From Octopus sinensis (taxonomy: Eukaryota): a stretch of DNA of 64,000 nucleotides. Made by a program: the position numbers and the translations under genes. Position 1 is the first letter of the stretch. Each line of letters begins with the position of its first letter. The stretch lies in assembly GCF_006345805.1 (NCBI RefSeq), contig NC_043006.1:78616001-78680000 (forward strand), read 5' to 3'. Below are positions 36,308-50,429 of this stretch, piece by piece. The notes under the pieces were generated by a model that was not told where the DNA came from, did no database searches, and was given only the letters and a program-made list of their open reading frames with translations.

Positions 36308-37064
36308 TTATTCCTCCACTAGTTTCTGGGAACACTTGGCCTTCATGTGTCCCCTTAGTCCACATGCAAAACGTATTGGAGGTCTACCCTCCACAACAAT
36401 CCTTAAACTGGTCTCGTTTGGCAACACCAGCTCTTCCACAATCTTATGGAGGTCTGGCAGGCTTATATGAACTATTACTTCTAGCCAATTGGTTCACCTC
36501 CGTAGTCTTTGACATTTTAAAAACTTCTGCTTCTTCCTCTGTATGATAGAGGATGGCTACCACCAGCCATGCCTCGTCAAATTCAGGGGACACTCTACCT
36601 GTCCTTACTCTGGCCGCACGTTTGCCACAGTAAGTAGGTAGTAGTGCGCACTCCGCTGATTTCAAAGCTACAGTGGAGTACTTCTTTTCGTTTACGAAGC
36701 GCACCTCCACCGTGCCGAACTTCTGTCCTCTGGTATAGAATGTAGTCGATTCTTTCGCCTCTACCGCTTTAACGGCTGCTATCTCTACTTTCTTCGACGC
36801 TATGTTTAGAGTTCTGTAGATAATAGTTCTCTTTTCCGTACTCTCAATAACTTCCTTGGGAGGCGTCAGTCTGATACTGTCGCCCTTCTTTCTCAACAAG
36901 GTGTTGTATTTCTTGAAATCCTTGTCTTTGACTACTATTTCACGGACCTGCAGTAACTCCGCTGACAGGCTTTTGCCAGTCACTGCAGCATAACTGCCTG
37001 TTTGCACTTGTCTATTCTCCATAATAATGTTCTTCACAACTTCGCCCGTAAATAGGGAAGACAA
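36308..37064 (-). pseudogene. Degenerate gag/ORF1-like gene (third family member)
   Basis: SYAAVTGK..GQKFGTVEVRF..LPTYCGKRAARVR; after a frameshift RIVVEGRPPIRFACGLRGHMKAKC (first knuckle Cys replaced by Arg), then a stop at 36308-36310. Confidence 0.8.
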
Positions 37065-37832
37065 ATAAAAATTCCAACAAATTCAAGTAAAAGCAATAAT
37101 TCAACAATTCAAGAAATAACAGGTTTACAATAACAGGTTAACAATAACAGAACTCACATGGAACGTACACACTTTCTACTCAAAAACAACGGCAAATGTT
37201 TCTGCCAGCTCGCCGCCTTAGTAGAAAAGAATTTTAAGTAAAATCAGGATGAATGTACTTCTTTTATGCCTGAGGAGATATACACAGCGCATATTCTTTT
37301 AGACAGCCAGGAAGAAGAGCCATCACAGCCTTCTCGAAATACGTTTGGTAAATAAATGATGAAGGTGTTACAAATTTTAAAACACTATATTCAGAGTCAG
37401 AATTTGCCACACCATATTCCGGAGAACCTCGACAGTGCTTACTTATTAATGCTGCTTATTAACTCGTGAGAAATTCATTTGACGTTGCCTGCCAACTTTG
37501 TGAATAAAGGGAATGAGTTGGCATGGAAACGTCATCACCAAAATAAGAAACTTTATCTGCAACTTATGAATGTAACTTCTATGAAATTATTCGTTATTTT
37601 GTTAATTTCTTTGAAATTCTCTTTTCCTTTTTGGAAACCTTTTAAAGTTATATATTTACCCTTTCTCGAATTTACTGTGTAAAGATCTCTAGTAACTAAA
37701 TATTATTGCAAAGTTTTTGTAAACTGTTGTGCATTTAATTAAGTCTTATGTATTATGTCCCAATGACATTTTTGTAGAAATATTTCACCTCACTTTACAG
37801 AATTTGATTTCTTTCTCTTAACTTAAACTATA

Positions 37833-38045
37833 CGAGGTGGGCTGAGTAGTTCCTGGCTTTAATCGTATCGCGAAAGGCTTTGTTGGAGGCCCAATCTTTG
37901 ACCTCTATTATAGGACTTAGAAAAACTGAAGGACCAGTGCAATAAGTCTGAGAATCTGAGAGGGGAATATTGAATAAAATCATAATTAACTGATTCTCCT
38001 GTATTTTCTTTTACCCAAAGCCCAAAACTTTTCAGCATCTCCTCG
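37833..38045. mobile_element. mariner-derived MITE
   Basis: Imperfect TIRs cgaggtgggctgagtagttcctggcttt / aaagcccaaaacttttcagcatctcctcg, 5' TA; related to 53704-53879. Confidence 0.65.
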
Positions 38046-39099
38046 CATTGTTTAATTTATAATTTTGGTTTCTTTTACTGGAATTTCCTTTTTCCTTGCT
38101 CAAAATTTTTCTTTCACTCATCTATTCCCTACGCTTTCTGTTTCATTTTTTTTTTTTCGTTTCGCTTTTCTCTCTCCATTTACAGTATTTTTATACCCCA
38201 CCCTATCTCTTTCAATGCCTTAACTTCTACCCGTCTTCTCTTTTCCTAACCTTTAACTTAATGCTAACCAATTGTAGAACGGACTCCTTCTCCAGTGTCC
38301 CACCCCTTTAAATATATATTTTTCTATTCCCATTTCCTCCTCAAAAATACGCATTCCTTCTGCTTCGTTCTCTTCCTTTCTGTCTCTCATTTACAACCTC
38401 AATATCTTACACTGTTTTAAATCAATTTTATGGCCTCAGTATCTAATACATTCATTTAATCTCCACTTCCACTCCTCCTCCCTATAAATATAATCTTTAT
38501 AGCTTGTAATCTTAATCGTATCATTTACGATAGGCTAAAAATAAGGAATGAAGTATTTCTTACTATCTCTTCTTTTTTAAACTTTCTCCCGTTCTTTCCC
38601 CGCCCTCTGTTATATATTTACCTTTACATACTTTGAATGACCTTTCTCTTATTTTGACTCTCCGTTTCCTCTTTCTTTCCCTCTTTCCCTTTCTTTTTCA
38701 CATTCTTTTTCTCCGTCCTCTCATTAAGGGTGTTTTTATTCTTTGCTAATATATTTGATAATATATTAGATGGGTGTAAAGAGGGATGTCATTTATATAA
38801 GAGAGAACATTGTTAGAGGAGACAGCAAGTATGTCCTCAACATATATGGTAATGGATTAAAGGAGACAAGCCGAAAATTCTGCATACGTCAGAGTTAATA
38901 CAGTGAGGGTCGGAGATTTTATTAAGGGTGAGATTTTACCAAGAGATTTTATAAAGTGGGGAGATCTTATTAAAAGATTTTATTAAGGGGTAAGATTTTA
39001 TTAAGAGATTTTATCAAGAGATAATTTTATAAAGGGTTAGCTACGTGGGGAGTGCTTGGAGAGTTTTGTGCAGGTGTGGTTATTAAAGAATCGAAAGGA

Positions 39100-39460
39100 G
39101 TATGCTTGAAAGAGTAGTTCCAATCAATTTCTTAACGACCTTAGATAGATTAAAGTTACAAGTGCTATCATTAAGAGTTAATGTAGAACCCGTGGCGATT
39201 CGACTACAGACATAACTTGAAATGGCATAGGTATCGGAAAATGGTGGTCATGATGTGTAATATATGAATATGTGGTTGGTACTCGTAAATTAAACAGTGG
39301 TCGGACAAAAGGAATGGATACCCTAATAGAGTGGAAAATGCTGAGTTTCGAAGTAAGAAGGAGATCAAAGCTGTTTATGATGAATGTGTGTTAATACTTA
39401 TCATAAATGAGATCTGCATTTGGAATAAGCTGTTAAGAGGCTAAAGAATGACTAGAATGA
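39100..39460 (-). pseudogene. Possible LINE apurinic-endonuclease C-terminal remnant
   Basis: Frameshifted HTFIINSFDLLLTSK...LSDHCLI resembles the APE 'PT..S.LDL..TS...SDH' motif; weak. Confidence 0.3.
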
Positions 39461-40066
39461 CTTAGACGTGTGTGTTGATTTTAAACAGAGTATGATCTCA
39501 AGTGGAAATGGTAATGATAAGAATAATCTTTTCTACTCTAGGCACAAGGCCCGAAATTTTGGGGGAGGGGGGCAGTCGATTAGATCGACCCCAGTATGCA
39601 ACTGGTACTTAATTTATCGACCCCGAAAGGATGGAAGGCAAAGTCGACTTCGGCGGAATTAGAACTCAGAACGTAAAGACAGGCGAAATACCGCTAAGCA
39701 TTTCGCCCTGCGTGCTAAAGATTCTACCAGCTCGTCAAGAATAATACTAAAGATAAGGAAGTGGCGGTTCTGTACAACTGTGCGTATATATATACAGGGC
39801 CATTTGATCATACTGAATAGTTATTCCTTACACGTTTTTTTACTCTCCCTTTTTTCTTTTCAGTCTTTTCTGACGAAGAGCATAACACTCTGCCGAGGTG
39901 GTTTTTGCCTTTCATTCTTTCGCGGTCGATGAAATAAGTATCAGTCGAACACTGGGAGGGATGTAATCGACTATCCCCCTGCCCCTAAAATTTCGGACCT
40001 TGTGCTTATAATACAAATAATTATTTTTGATTTCTTTTCGAGTTCACGCAAGCGCGCGCGCAGACA

Positions 40067-40178
<112 letters not shown>

Positions 40179-40225
40179 TACACACACATACATTGGTGTG
40201 TTTCTCATATATATATATATATGTA

Positions 40226-41501
40226 CAATCATGCAGGAAGTAAATAGACACCTTTAATTTTCAAAATTTCTGATTTAAGCGTCTTAATATGTTTTTGAGC
40301 GGTGTAGAATTTACAATGTAATTACTCTTTTTCATTGCAGATGCCATTACATTAAACATCTGCGAAGACTAACCATGCCAACCAAAAAAATTCAGCAGAA
40401 CTGTCAGATTTTCAAAGAGGTCATATTGTTGAGCAATCTGAGACTGGTTTTAGCCAGCGAAAAATTGCCGAAAATCCTCAAATTCCTCTTGCTACTCTTA
40501 ATAGAATTATAGTGCAATTCAAAAGCGAAGGAAAAGAATCAACAAATCCTCGTCCCCGCCGACCTGGGCTTTCGGAAAGGACGCTTCACTGTTTGAAGAG
40601 AATTGTGGTAAACGAACCCCGTTCGAAGGCTTCTGACATTGCAAAACAGCTAGAAGTTCGCCCAAGAACGTGTGTTACATATCTGCATAATCTTGGGTAT
40701 TATGGGCGAGCAGCTAGAAGAAAACCTCTCCTTCAACCAATTAATATTATGGAAAGAACGAAATAGGCTAAGGAGATGTCAGAAAAATCCAGTTCATTTT
40801 GGGATAGAGTGATTTTTCTCAGATGAATCCAGATTTGCATTATTTTTAGACAGTGGACGTGTTTGGGTCTGGAGGCTTCCCAATCAAGAATTTGATTTGA
40901 AACGACTCCAACCAACTGTGAAACATGGCGGTATCTCTGTAATGGTATGGGGAGCTGTCACCAGCAATGGTCGTTCTGAGCTGATCGAATGTGTTGGAAC
41001 CATAAACTCTGAGAAATACATCGAAATACTTGAGGAAGGACTACTTCCAATGTATTCACACGATAACATAACGAAAAATAAGTTTCTATTCATGGAAGAT
41101 AGGGCTCCATGACACGCAGCGAAAAGGAATCAACAATGGATGAGTGAAAATGGGATCAAAAAGCTTCCTTTGCCGAGCCAATCTCCTGACATGATCCCAA
41201 TTGAAAATCTTTGGAGCATACTAGATAGAGCTATACGAAAAACTCGACCGAAACCTAAATCTAAAGATGAATTGTTTCGATTGTTGCGTGAAAAGTGGGC
41301 AGAAATTCCACAAGAGACAATCACAAAGCTCATCAGTTCAATGGCAAAAAGAGTTTCTGAATTAAAAAACTGCAAAGGGAATATTAACTAAATACTAAAT
41401 TATGTAGTTCTACCTACCGATTATATTTCAATTGTTCACTTTGCGTATTAAATAAAAGATTTTTGAAAATTAAGGGTGTCTATTTACTCCCTGCATGTCT
41501 G
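40226..41501 (+). mobile_element. Full-length Tc1-family DNA transposon (~1.28 kb), transposase disrupted
   Basis: TIRs ca(a/g)tcatgcaggaagtaaatagacacctttaattttcaaaa / ttttgaaaattaagggtgtctatttactccctgcatgtctg. Transposase about 40375-41398 with [25 protein letters not shown] and PSQSPDMIPIENLW, broken by stops and frameshifts. Confidence 0.9.
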
Positions 41502-41999
41502 TGTATGTGTGTATATAGAGAGAAAGTATGAGAGAGATAGACGACAGACAGATATGTAAAATTCTATTCATGATATTTGTAATTCTCGCACGGTTTTTTT
41601 TTCATATATATAATCAAAAGTAAAACGTTTTTTTTTACAAAGGCAATAAAAGTGGCAAAAGCTAATCAGTCATATGTAGCGTTTAATTCCTGTTGTTAGA
41701 CACTTTAACATGCAGTTACACAGAATAATATGATATAAAAACCTTTATGTTTGTTCATTGACACCTCGTAGCCTTGACTTCAAGGAATAAAGATAAATAT
41801 TTCTAAATAAATTTCGTTCTATCATGGGAGAATATATGATACAACTTGTGAACTTATTCACTTTCTCTGACTGTTATAACTGCAGTCTATGGGACAGATA
41901 GAATATTATATTTGAACAGGAAAATAACAGAAATAAAAGTAATCGCTTCAGTTTTAGCCTTCTTTGACAAATATAACCTCCTTCTAATCCGATAACGTG

Positions 42000-42360
42000 G
42001 CACTCCATCGGTTACAACGACGAGGGTTCCAGTTGATCTGATCAACGGAACAGCCTGCTCGTGAAATTAACGTGTAAGTGGCTGAGCACTCCACAGACAC
42101 ATGTACCCTTAACGTAGTTCTCGGGGAGATTCAGCGTGACACAGAGTGTGATAAGTCTGGCCCTTTGAAATACAGGTACAACAGAAACAGGAAGAGTGAA
42201 AGTTATGGTGAAAGAGTACATCACGGCTCGCAACCACACCCTGCCGGAGCCTCGTGGAGCTTTAGGTGTTTTCGCTAAGAAACACTCACAACGCCCGGTC
42301 TGGGAATCGATCCTATGACCGCGAGTCCTCTTCCCTAACCGGTGCGCCATTGTGCCTCCT
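42000..42360 (-). mobile_element. tRNA-head SINE with non-CORE middle body and tail B
   Basis: Middle gcgaaaacacctaaagctccacgaggctccggcaggg replaces the CORE block; same structure as 48177-48553. Confidence 0.7.
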
Positions 42361-44291
42361 CTATAGTCCAATACATTATGCAGATCTAGTGTGCGGGCAC
42401 AAAATTCACGAATAAAAATATAATCAACTCAGACACAGCATGAATGATACATGGTTAACTATCTCTATTTCACCTTCTCATGTTGGTTTCCAATTTTAGC
42501 ACCTGCAAGTTCGGAAGAGGTATAAGTCGATTACATCGACCTCAGGGTTCAACTGTTACTTAAGTTATCGACTCCTAAAAGATGAAAGGCAAAGTCTACC
42601 TCTTCAGAACTTATATTGTGCGTGCGTGAACTCGAAAATAAATCAAAAATAATTATTTGTATTATAAGCGCAAGGTCCGAAATTTTGGGAGAAGTGGGAT
42701 AATCGACTACACCGATTCCAGTGTTCAACTGATACTTATTTTATCGAACTCAAAAGAATGAAAGGCAAAGACCACCACGGCAGAATTTGAACCCAGAGCA
42801 TAAAGACGGACGAACTGCCGCTCAGCATTTGCTTGGCGCGCTAACGATTCTGCTTGCTCACCACCTTGATAAATCTCTTAAATAGCAGTTTCAAATTTTG
42901 GCACAAGGCCAGAAATTTCGGTGAAGGAGATAAGCCGATTACATCGACCCTAGTGCTCAACTGGTACTTACTTTATTGACCCCGAAAGGATGAAAGGCAA
43001 AGACGACCTCAGTTGAATTGGAACTCAGGACATAAAGACAGATGAAATACTGCTCAGCATTTTGTCCGACATACTAAGGATTCTGCCAGCTCGTCGCCTT
43101 CTACTGGTAATAATTCTCATTTCTTTGAATCCCAAAAGATCGAACTAAGACATCAGTAAACCGTGACTTCAACCTAGTCTAGTCATTTGTACCAATCTTA
43201 CTCACAATACATTCCTCGTTAAGAAACTTGAGAAGCCATAGATGTATTATAAATATTCTATATCTTTTCCTGTTAATCTCTTATTTGTCTGTATAAGAAA
43301 CTGATATTTTTTTTTATCAAACGTATCTCGTATAATCAGAGTCAACAATCCAGTTTATATTTTCTTTTGCAATAATTCTATCATTCATAAGTCTCAGCCA
43401 TAAAAGGTACAATTGTCGCGGTATGCAATTACTTCCTTCTACAAATCACTTGAATATGACCAAAAGAGATCTATAATGTTTTCTTAAAACGAAAAGAATA
43501 TGTTTTAGAAGACAATATTCAACATTTCAGTATACGTTTCTTCTTTCTACTAAAGGCCCAAAGCCCGAAAATTGTGAAGAGTGGCTAGTCAATTACATCA
43601 ACCCAGTGTTCTACTGGTACTTAGCTTTATCGATCTCAAAGGGTGAAAGGCAAAGTCGACCTCGGTGGAATTTGAACTCAGAACATAAAGACGGAAAAAA
43701 TATCAGCGTGCTAGCGATTCTTCCAGCTTGCCACCGTTAATAGTTTACTATAATATAACTACAAATCATAAGGCGATAATAAAGAAATATAGAAATATGA
43801 AAAGATAGCAGAGATGAAAGATGAAAGGGATCTCAACGGTGCATATTATATTACGTCTAGTTGCGCTGCAATCTTGCGTTTTATCGCGGCCGTCTACCGT
43901 TTTGTGATGAAACTTATTTCTAAAAATGTGCCAAGCACTGATGCTGATCATAATTTAATCAATAAGTGTAGGAGCGAGGTAAATGCAGTAAAAATAGGTG
44001 GGGTTAGTGAGGCCCCATTTAAGCGGCCCTTCAGAAACTGAACCGCCTTACGAAACTCCCTGGGTCTTCGTGGATATGAAATTCATTGTCATTGCTCCGA
44101 CTTGGTTGTCAATACTATGTATTTAGTTTAAAATGCAGTAAAAATAGGGGAGTCAGTGGAGCCCCAATTAGGCGGGCCTTAAAAACATAGACCCCATTAG
44201 GACATTCCCTGGGATTAGAGGAGTTGCTGGTTTGAGTTTTGTTGTCCTTGCACCAACGATCAAGGAGTTAACGAGCATAAAAGACTATCAG

Positions 44292-44390
<99 letters not shown>

Positions 44391-44959
44391 ATATATATAT
44401 ATCCTTTATGTTCATTTACGGGAAACGCTTTTGAGTATGTATATAAATTTCCTATTTTATATTGCCGGCTACAGCCTAATGATACCAACTAGCAATAGCA
44501 GTCTTATGGGGTTGCATTGAGCTGCGCCGATATAATGTAGGATAAATATAGTAATAATAATGATAAAATTCCATGGATGGAATTTATAAATATTTTAATG
44601 CACCACTATGCGCGTTTCCACAAACTGGATGTTTCTTACGATCATAGTCCGTATTCCTGGAATGATTACAGTACAGGCCGTAGTATCAATGGATATCGGG
44701 TGGATCATATTCATGTATTTATCTCCTGCGATATGGCATTCACGCTGGGTGCAGCGAATGTACAACTGAAGGGTTGTTCATCAATTTTAACCAATGACCA
44801 AGTTTATTGGGGAATGTGAGCAGTTATGCGTGTATTTGGTAGTAGAAGTAGAAGGTGATCCTTAAAAAGCAGAAAATGTTATAGGGACCAAAGGGAAACG
44901 AGAAACCACAACACTAAGAAGCTACGAATAAATATTATTATTATTATTATTATTATTAT

Positions 44960-45018
<59 letters not shown>

Positions 45019-45231
45019 AGCTGGCAGAATCGTTAGCACACCGAGCGAAATGCTTAGCGGTATTTCGCCTGTCTGTACGTTCTGAGTTCAAATTTCCCCG
45101 GAGTCGACTTTGCCTTTCATCCTTTCAGGGTTGATAAATTAAGTACTAGCTGCATACAGGGTCGATCTAATCGACTTCCCCCTCTCACCAAATTTCAGGC
45201 ATTGTGCCTATAGTAAAAAGGATTATTATTA

Positions 45232-45268
<37 letters not shown>

Positions 45269-45278
45269 CATTATTATT

Positions 45279-46450
45279 GACTTTTATCAAATTAGTCCTT
45301 AATACTTGATCCTGTGCAGCTACTAACAAACTTTCTGTCTCCCTCTTCAGCTTTCCCTTCTGCAACCATAACCATGTCTCACTACTACTATTTGCTGAAA
45401 CTATCTTTTGGAATCTACCATGCAACACCTCCTACCAGGCAGATAATTTCTGTTCTTTTTTCTGGTTTTAAGTTCGTTTGATTTGGTTTCCCTATGTCTT
45501 GCTGTGCCTCTAGCAGCTTTTAATAAACTTTCTTCACTGTTACCTACATAGGAGTCTCTATCTACTCTAGCTAACTCCATGCAGTCTTCCACTGATATTA
45601 ATCCTCTCCCACCTTCCTTTCTAGGTAGGTATAATCTTGCTGCTCCTGTCCTTGGGTGTAGTCCTCCATTCATATTGAATTCCTACCTAGTTATTCTGTG
45701 CAGCTGTACTAATGCAGTTTTGTCCAATCTACAAAAGCTGCAGAGTATCTAAGTAATGAGACTGCCCAAGTATTTACAGCCTTTACTAGATTCGGACCGT
45801 TTAGTTTTGATTTCATTAGCTTCCTCACCTTCCGATGTATTCCTTCTCAATTTTCGTTTTCATTTCTATTGTTAGTACTCTGCCAGATTCTAATACTCTT
45901 AGATTCTTATAACTCTCTCCTTCTTTCAATAATTTTAATGTCTTGCCATCTGGTAATTGGATGCCTTCGCTGTTGAATACCTGTCCCCTTCTCATGACTA
46001 ATATTGCACACTTATCTACGCCTATATCATTGCTGAATAGACTTACAGTCTGTATTCTTACTAAAAAGCTTCAGATCATCCACGTAGAGCAAATGATTAA
46101 TTTTTCCCTTACTTTTTCTGAACTGATAACCTGCTTTACCTTCTTTAATACTAATCGGAGGCGGGGGATCAAACATAGAACAAATATTAAAGAGACAACT
46201 AGTCCCCTTGGAAAATTCGTTTTTTGATATTAACATTCCTTAAAAGTGTGTCACCTGAGTAGAGATCTAATTTCCTTTTCTTCATGCTATGCTTAACAGA
46301 CTCAAACATTTACTTATCCACTGCTCAGTCACTTCAAACATACCCTTCTCTACCCAAAGTGTTAACATCCGTTTTCTATAGCCCCTTCTTTTAGCTTCAC
46401 TTTCTAAGTAGCACTGTATCACTATCCTGTTTTCTTCGCTGGTCGACTTC
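45279..46450 (-). mobile_element. Degenerate R4/Dong-like non-LTR retrotransposon fragment (RT region)
   Basis: KINHLLYVDDLKLFSK, GGLHPRTGAARLYLPRKEGGRGL, WLQKGKLKRETESLLVAAQDQVLRTN; boundaries approximate. Confidence 0.8.
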
Positions 46451-46857
46451 CTCCTCCTTATCGAGCGTGATGCCTTCTCTTAAAGGTCCAGCTTCATTTT
46501 CGCTGTTACAACCAGTTTTTCGGAAACTCCTGTCTCTCATAAACCACTATTATTTCTCGACATCTCAAAGTTTCAAGCAACATTCTATTGCATCATTTGT
46601 TGTACCTTTGTGCTGGTGAGGTACTGCATTTTTTTGGCGGTGGGGTATATTGCATTGTATCAGTACCTTTTGTTATGGGGTTTTGTTTGAGTCTTCAGTT
46701 GTTTGAGTTTTTATCTTGTGTGTTTTTATGTAGCGCAGGCTGTGTTCTTCTGTCGGGTATCGGCCTTCTATGGCACATGTCGTGGGTTTTGTTCATTTTG
46801 TTGGGTATTTACAGTATTAGCTTATTCTTGTATGATTTTGTAGGGCGTTGCATAGTA

Positions 46858-46891
<34 letters not shown>

Positions 46892-46981
46892 AACTCTTAA
46901 ATCAACTTTTTTATAGTATTTATGATTACCCGTCCGCTGTTATTTTGCTTGGGTTTTATTATTATTGGTTTATTATTATTA

Positions 46982-47047
<66 letters not shown>

Positions 47048-47134
47048 CGAGCGCCAAACTAATACACCCGTTTGTTGTTCATACACCTGCTTGTTGTTCA
47101 CACACCTGTTTGCTGTTCATACATCTGTCTTCGT

Positions 47135-48015
47135 GTATGTATGTATTTATGTATGTATGTATGTATGTATTTATGTATGTATGTATGTATGTATGTATGT
47201 ATGTATGTATGTATGTATGTATGTATGTATGTATGTATGTATGTATGTATGTATGCATGTATGTATTTATGTATGTATGTATGTATGTATGTATGTATTT
47301 ATGTATGTATGTATGTATGTATGTATGTATGTATGTATGTATGTATGTATGTATTTATGTATGTATGTATGTATGTATGTATGTATGTATTTATGTATGT
47401 ATGTATGTATGTATGTATGTATGTATGTATGTATGTATGTATTTATGTATGTATGTATTTATGTATGTATGTATGTATTTATGTATGTATGTATGTATGT
47501 ATGTATGTATGTATGTATGTATGTATGTATTATGTATGTATGTATGTATGTATGTATGTATGTATGTATGTTATGTATGTATGTATGTATGTATGTATGT
47601 ATGTATGTATGTATGTATGTATTTATGTATGTATGTATTTATGTATGTATGTATGTATGTATGTATGTATGTATGTATGTATGTATGTATGTATGTATGT
47701 ATGTATTTATGTATGTATGTATGTATGTATGTATGTATTTATGTATTTATGTATGTATTTATGTATGTATGTATGTATGTATGTATGTATGTATGTATGT
47801 ATGTATGTATGTATGTATGTATGTATGTATGTATGTATGTATGTATTTATGTATGTATGTATGTATGTATGTATGTATGTACGTATGTATGTATGTATGT
47901 ATTTATGTATGTATGTATTTATGTATGTATGTATGTATTTATGTATGTATGTATGTATGTATGTATGTATGTATGTATGTATGTATGTATGTATGTATGT
48001 ATGTATGTATGTATG
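47135..48015. repeat. (TATG)n tetranucleotide array (~880 bp) with TATT variants
   Basis: Direct inspection; explains the 370-390-aa VCMY ORFs. Confidence 0.97.
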
Positions 48016-48176
48016 TCCGTTATATGTTGTATGTGCAGGCGCTCACGATCGTACGGTTGTCTGTTTGCTGGTATCCTTCAACATGACACTTGATGTCACG
48101 TTGTTCCAGTTTACTCAGCAGGCAAAAATGAGTTGTACCCGTAATCCAAAAGTAGCTAGCCTTGTCATGCTGGAAG

Positions 48177-48553
48177 CACTCCGTCGGTTACGACGACGAG
48201 GGTTCCGGTTGATCCGAATCAACGGAACAGCCTGCTCCTGAAATTAACGTGTATGTGGCTGAGCACTCCACAGACACGTGCACCCTTAACGTAGTTCTCG
48301 GGGATATTCAGCGTGACACAGAGAGTGACAAGGCCGGCCCTTTGAAATACAGGTACAACAGAAACAGGAAGTAAGAGTGAGAGAAAGTTGTGGTGAAAGA
48401 GTACAGCAGGGATCACCACCATCCCCTGCCGGAGCCTCGTGGAGCTTTAGGCGTTTTCGCTCAATAAACACTCACAACGCCCGGTCTGGGAATCGAAACC
48501 GCGATCCTACGACCGCGAGTCCGCTGCCCTAACCACTGGGACATTGCGCCTCC
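48177..48553 (-). mobile_element. tRNA-head SINE with non-CORE middle body and tail B
   Basis: Homologous to 42000-42360. Confidence 0.75.
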
Positions 48554-48989
48554 CTAGCCTTGTCATATTCTGTGTCACAATGAATCTGCCTAAGAACTAC
48601 GTTAAGGGTAGTCGTACTTGCGGATTGCTCGGTCACTTGCACGTTAGTTTCACTAGCGGGGGATTCCGTTGACCTGATCAACAGCGACGCTCGTCGTCAT
48701 AACCGACGGCGTCAGTTATATGCAGTAAGCAATAGAAGCAGGATTAGCTTAAAATATCCATTTATGTATCATATTTCACGTAAATACATCGTTAAAAGGT
48801 AAATTTACTGCATTATTCGTCCGAAGATATTCGATGATGGACGTGTTATGTATAAAAATACTGAGTAGTCACAAGTCACTGCTGTGATGCTTTTCGTTCC
48901 GTCCGATATATATATATATTCATTTTAAACATAGCACGTAAGTACACACACACACACACACACAAACACATGTTTTGAGAGGGGCGGAG

Positions 48990-49190
48990 TATATCATAAC
49001 CACTCATAATAAAAAGGAATACTGGTGTATTGAACCAGTGAAGACCTCAGTAAAATGTAAGCACAACAGACCTGATATAATGATTTGGAATAGGGAAGAG
49101 AAACTGTGCACAGTTTTGGAAATTAGCTGCCCAGCGGATGTTCACATAAAGCTGAAGATCAGTGAAAAAGAGAACACGTATGCTGGTTCG
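48990..49190 (+). pseudogene. RLE endonuclease fragment of a non-LTR retrotransposon
   Basis: HNRPDIMIWNREEKLCTVLEISCPADVHIKLKISEKENTY. Confidence 0.7.
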
Positions 49191-49544
49191 TATTTATTTT
49201 ATCGACCCTGGGTGGGGGATGAAAGACAAAGTTTGATAGTGGAGGGAATTGAACCCGGAACTTAAATTACCAGTACAAATACTGCAAGCCCAACGGGCTA
49301 GCCATTCTGCCACTTTCTGTAAATACAACACAATGATACGTACCGCAGAGAGGAGGGGGTCAAGAATCAATACTTGTTTTAACTCGAATATTTTACTCTT
49401 AGACTTCAGTATGTTAAAATATGTATTGCTTTATTTCATCGTATGTGTATGAGATGTATGTGTGTGTGTGTTATGTTAGTTTACCTTCTTGTTTTGTTTT
49501 GTTTTTTTTGTTTTTTTTTTGTTTTTCGTTTTCAAGAAAGAATG

Positions 49545-49915
49545 TTAATTTTTACTTTCGGTAAACAATTTTTCCATTTCTGTGAAAATGTAGGATTTCA
49601 GAAACATTCTGACGTTATATTGACTTTGAAAGGTGTAACAGTTTGCTGCTTTCTGAAAACACAGGAGTAAAGACTGAGGAAGATCAGCGTAGATACAAAC
49701 ATCACTACCACAAAGGGAGCAATTCCAGAGATCGAAATATGCCGAGGAACAGCTTTTCCCACCTTTGATTTTATAGAAGTTATATAAAGTCTGATCAAGA
49801 CTCGTAGCTGAACAATTCCCTTTGAACTTTTTCAGAAGTATTTCCCTTATCTTTGATCTCATTTTATCCCGTAGATTCAGAGCGGAGCGGTTCGAATTTT
49901 GAACAATGTGATGCT
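49545..49915 (-). CDS. Candidate exon (possibly of RasGEF paralog 1)
   Basis: Strong acceptor tttttcattttgttttgttttag and a 120-codon open frame (..RDKMRSKIREILLKKFKG..) ending in a stop. Phase 1 does not join directly to the 54118 donor. Confidence 0.3.
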
Positions 49916-50429
49916 CTAAAACAAAACAAAATGAAAAATGCATATAAATATATTTATTTAAACATTAAATTTGTTATTTTTATGAAATAAATGGTTTCTA
50001 AGTGTTGAGATAAATTACGAGGGGCAGTGATTAGTTTTAGCTATTTATAACCTTAAGCGGATGAGATTTAAGGGTTTTCCTGGATTTGACGCCAATCCAT
50101 CGCCGGAAGCTTACCTACATGATTTGATCGTTGTTCCTCGTAGCAAGCAGAAGCTAAGAACTGAGAGTCGAATGAATACGTTTGCAATGTCGAAATGCTC
50201 ATCAAAATACTGACAGTTGTTAATAAGCCCCAAGATTTGTGAGTTTCTAATCTCTTCGTCAATACCTTTTCTAATTCATACAGACTAATAAAACTACTAA
50301 ACTCGGCTTTTAACGAATGCCGTGGCAGTGCTAATCAGAAAAAATAAAATAAACCTGTCCTATCATATAAAATAAAGAGTATCAACTGTGTGAAATATTT
50401 CAACATCAGGTGCTTAAATATTGGTTTGA

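Noticed and set aside
45222-45300. R4/Dong-like fragment abutting (ATT)n, suggesting microsatellite targeting
   Set aside because: The junction lies mid-ORF, with the zinc finger and RLE missing, so it is not the element's true 3' insertion site.
46945-48241. 370-390-aa ORFs rich in VCMY (also many HT/CV/YI ORFs elsewhere)
   Set aside because: These are translations of (TATG)n, (CA)n and (TA)n microsatellites with no coding signal.
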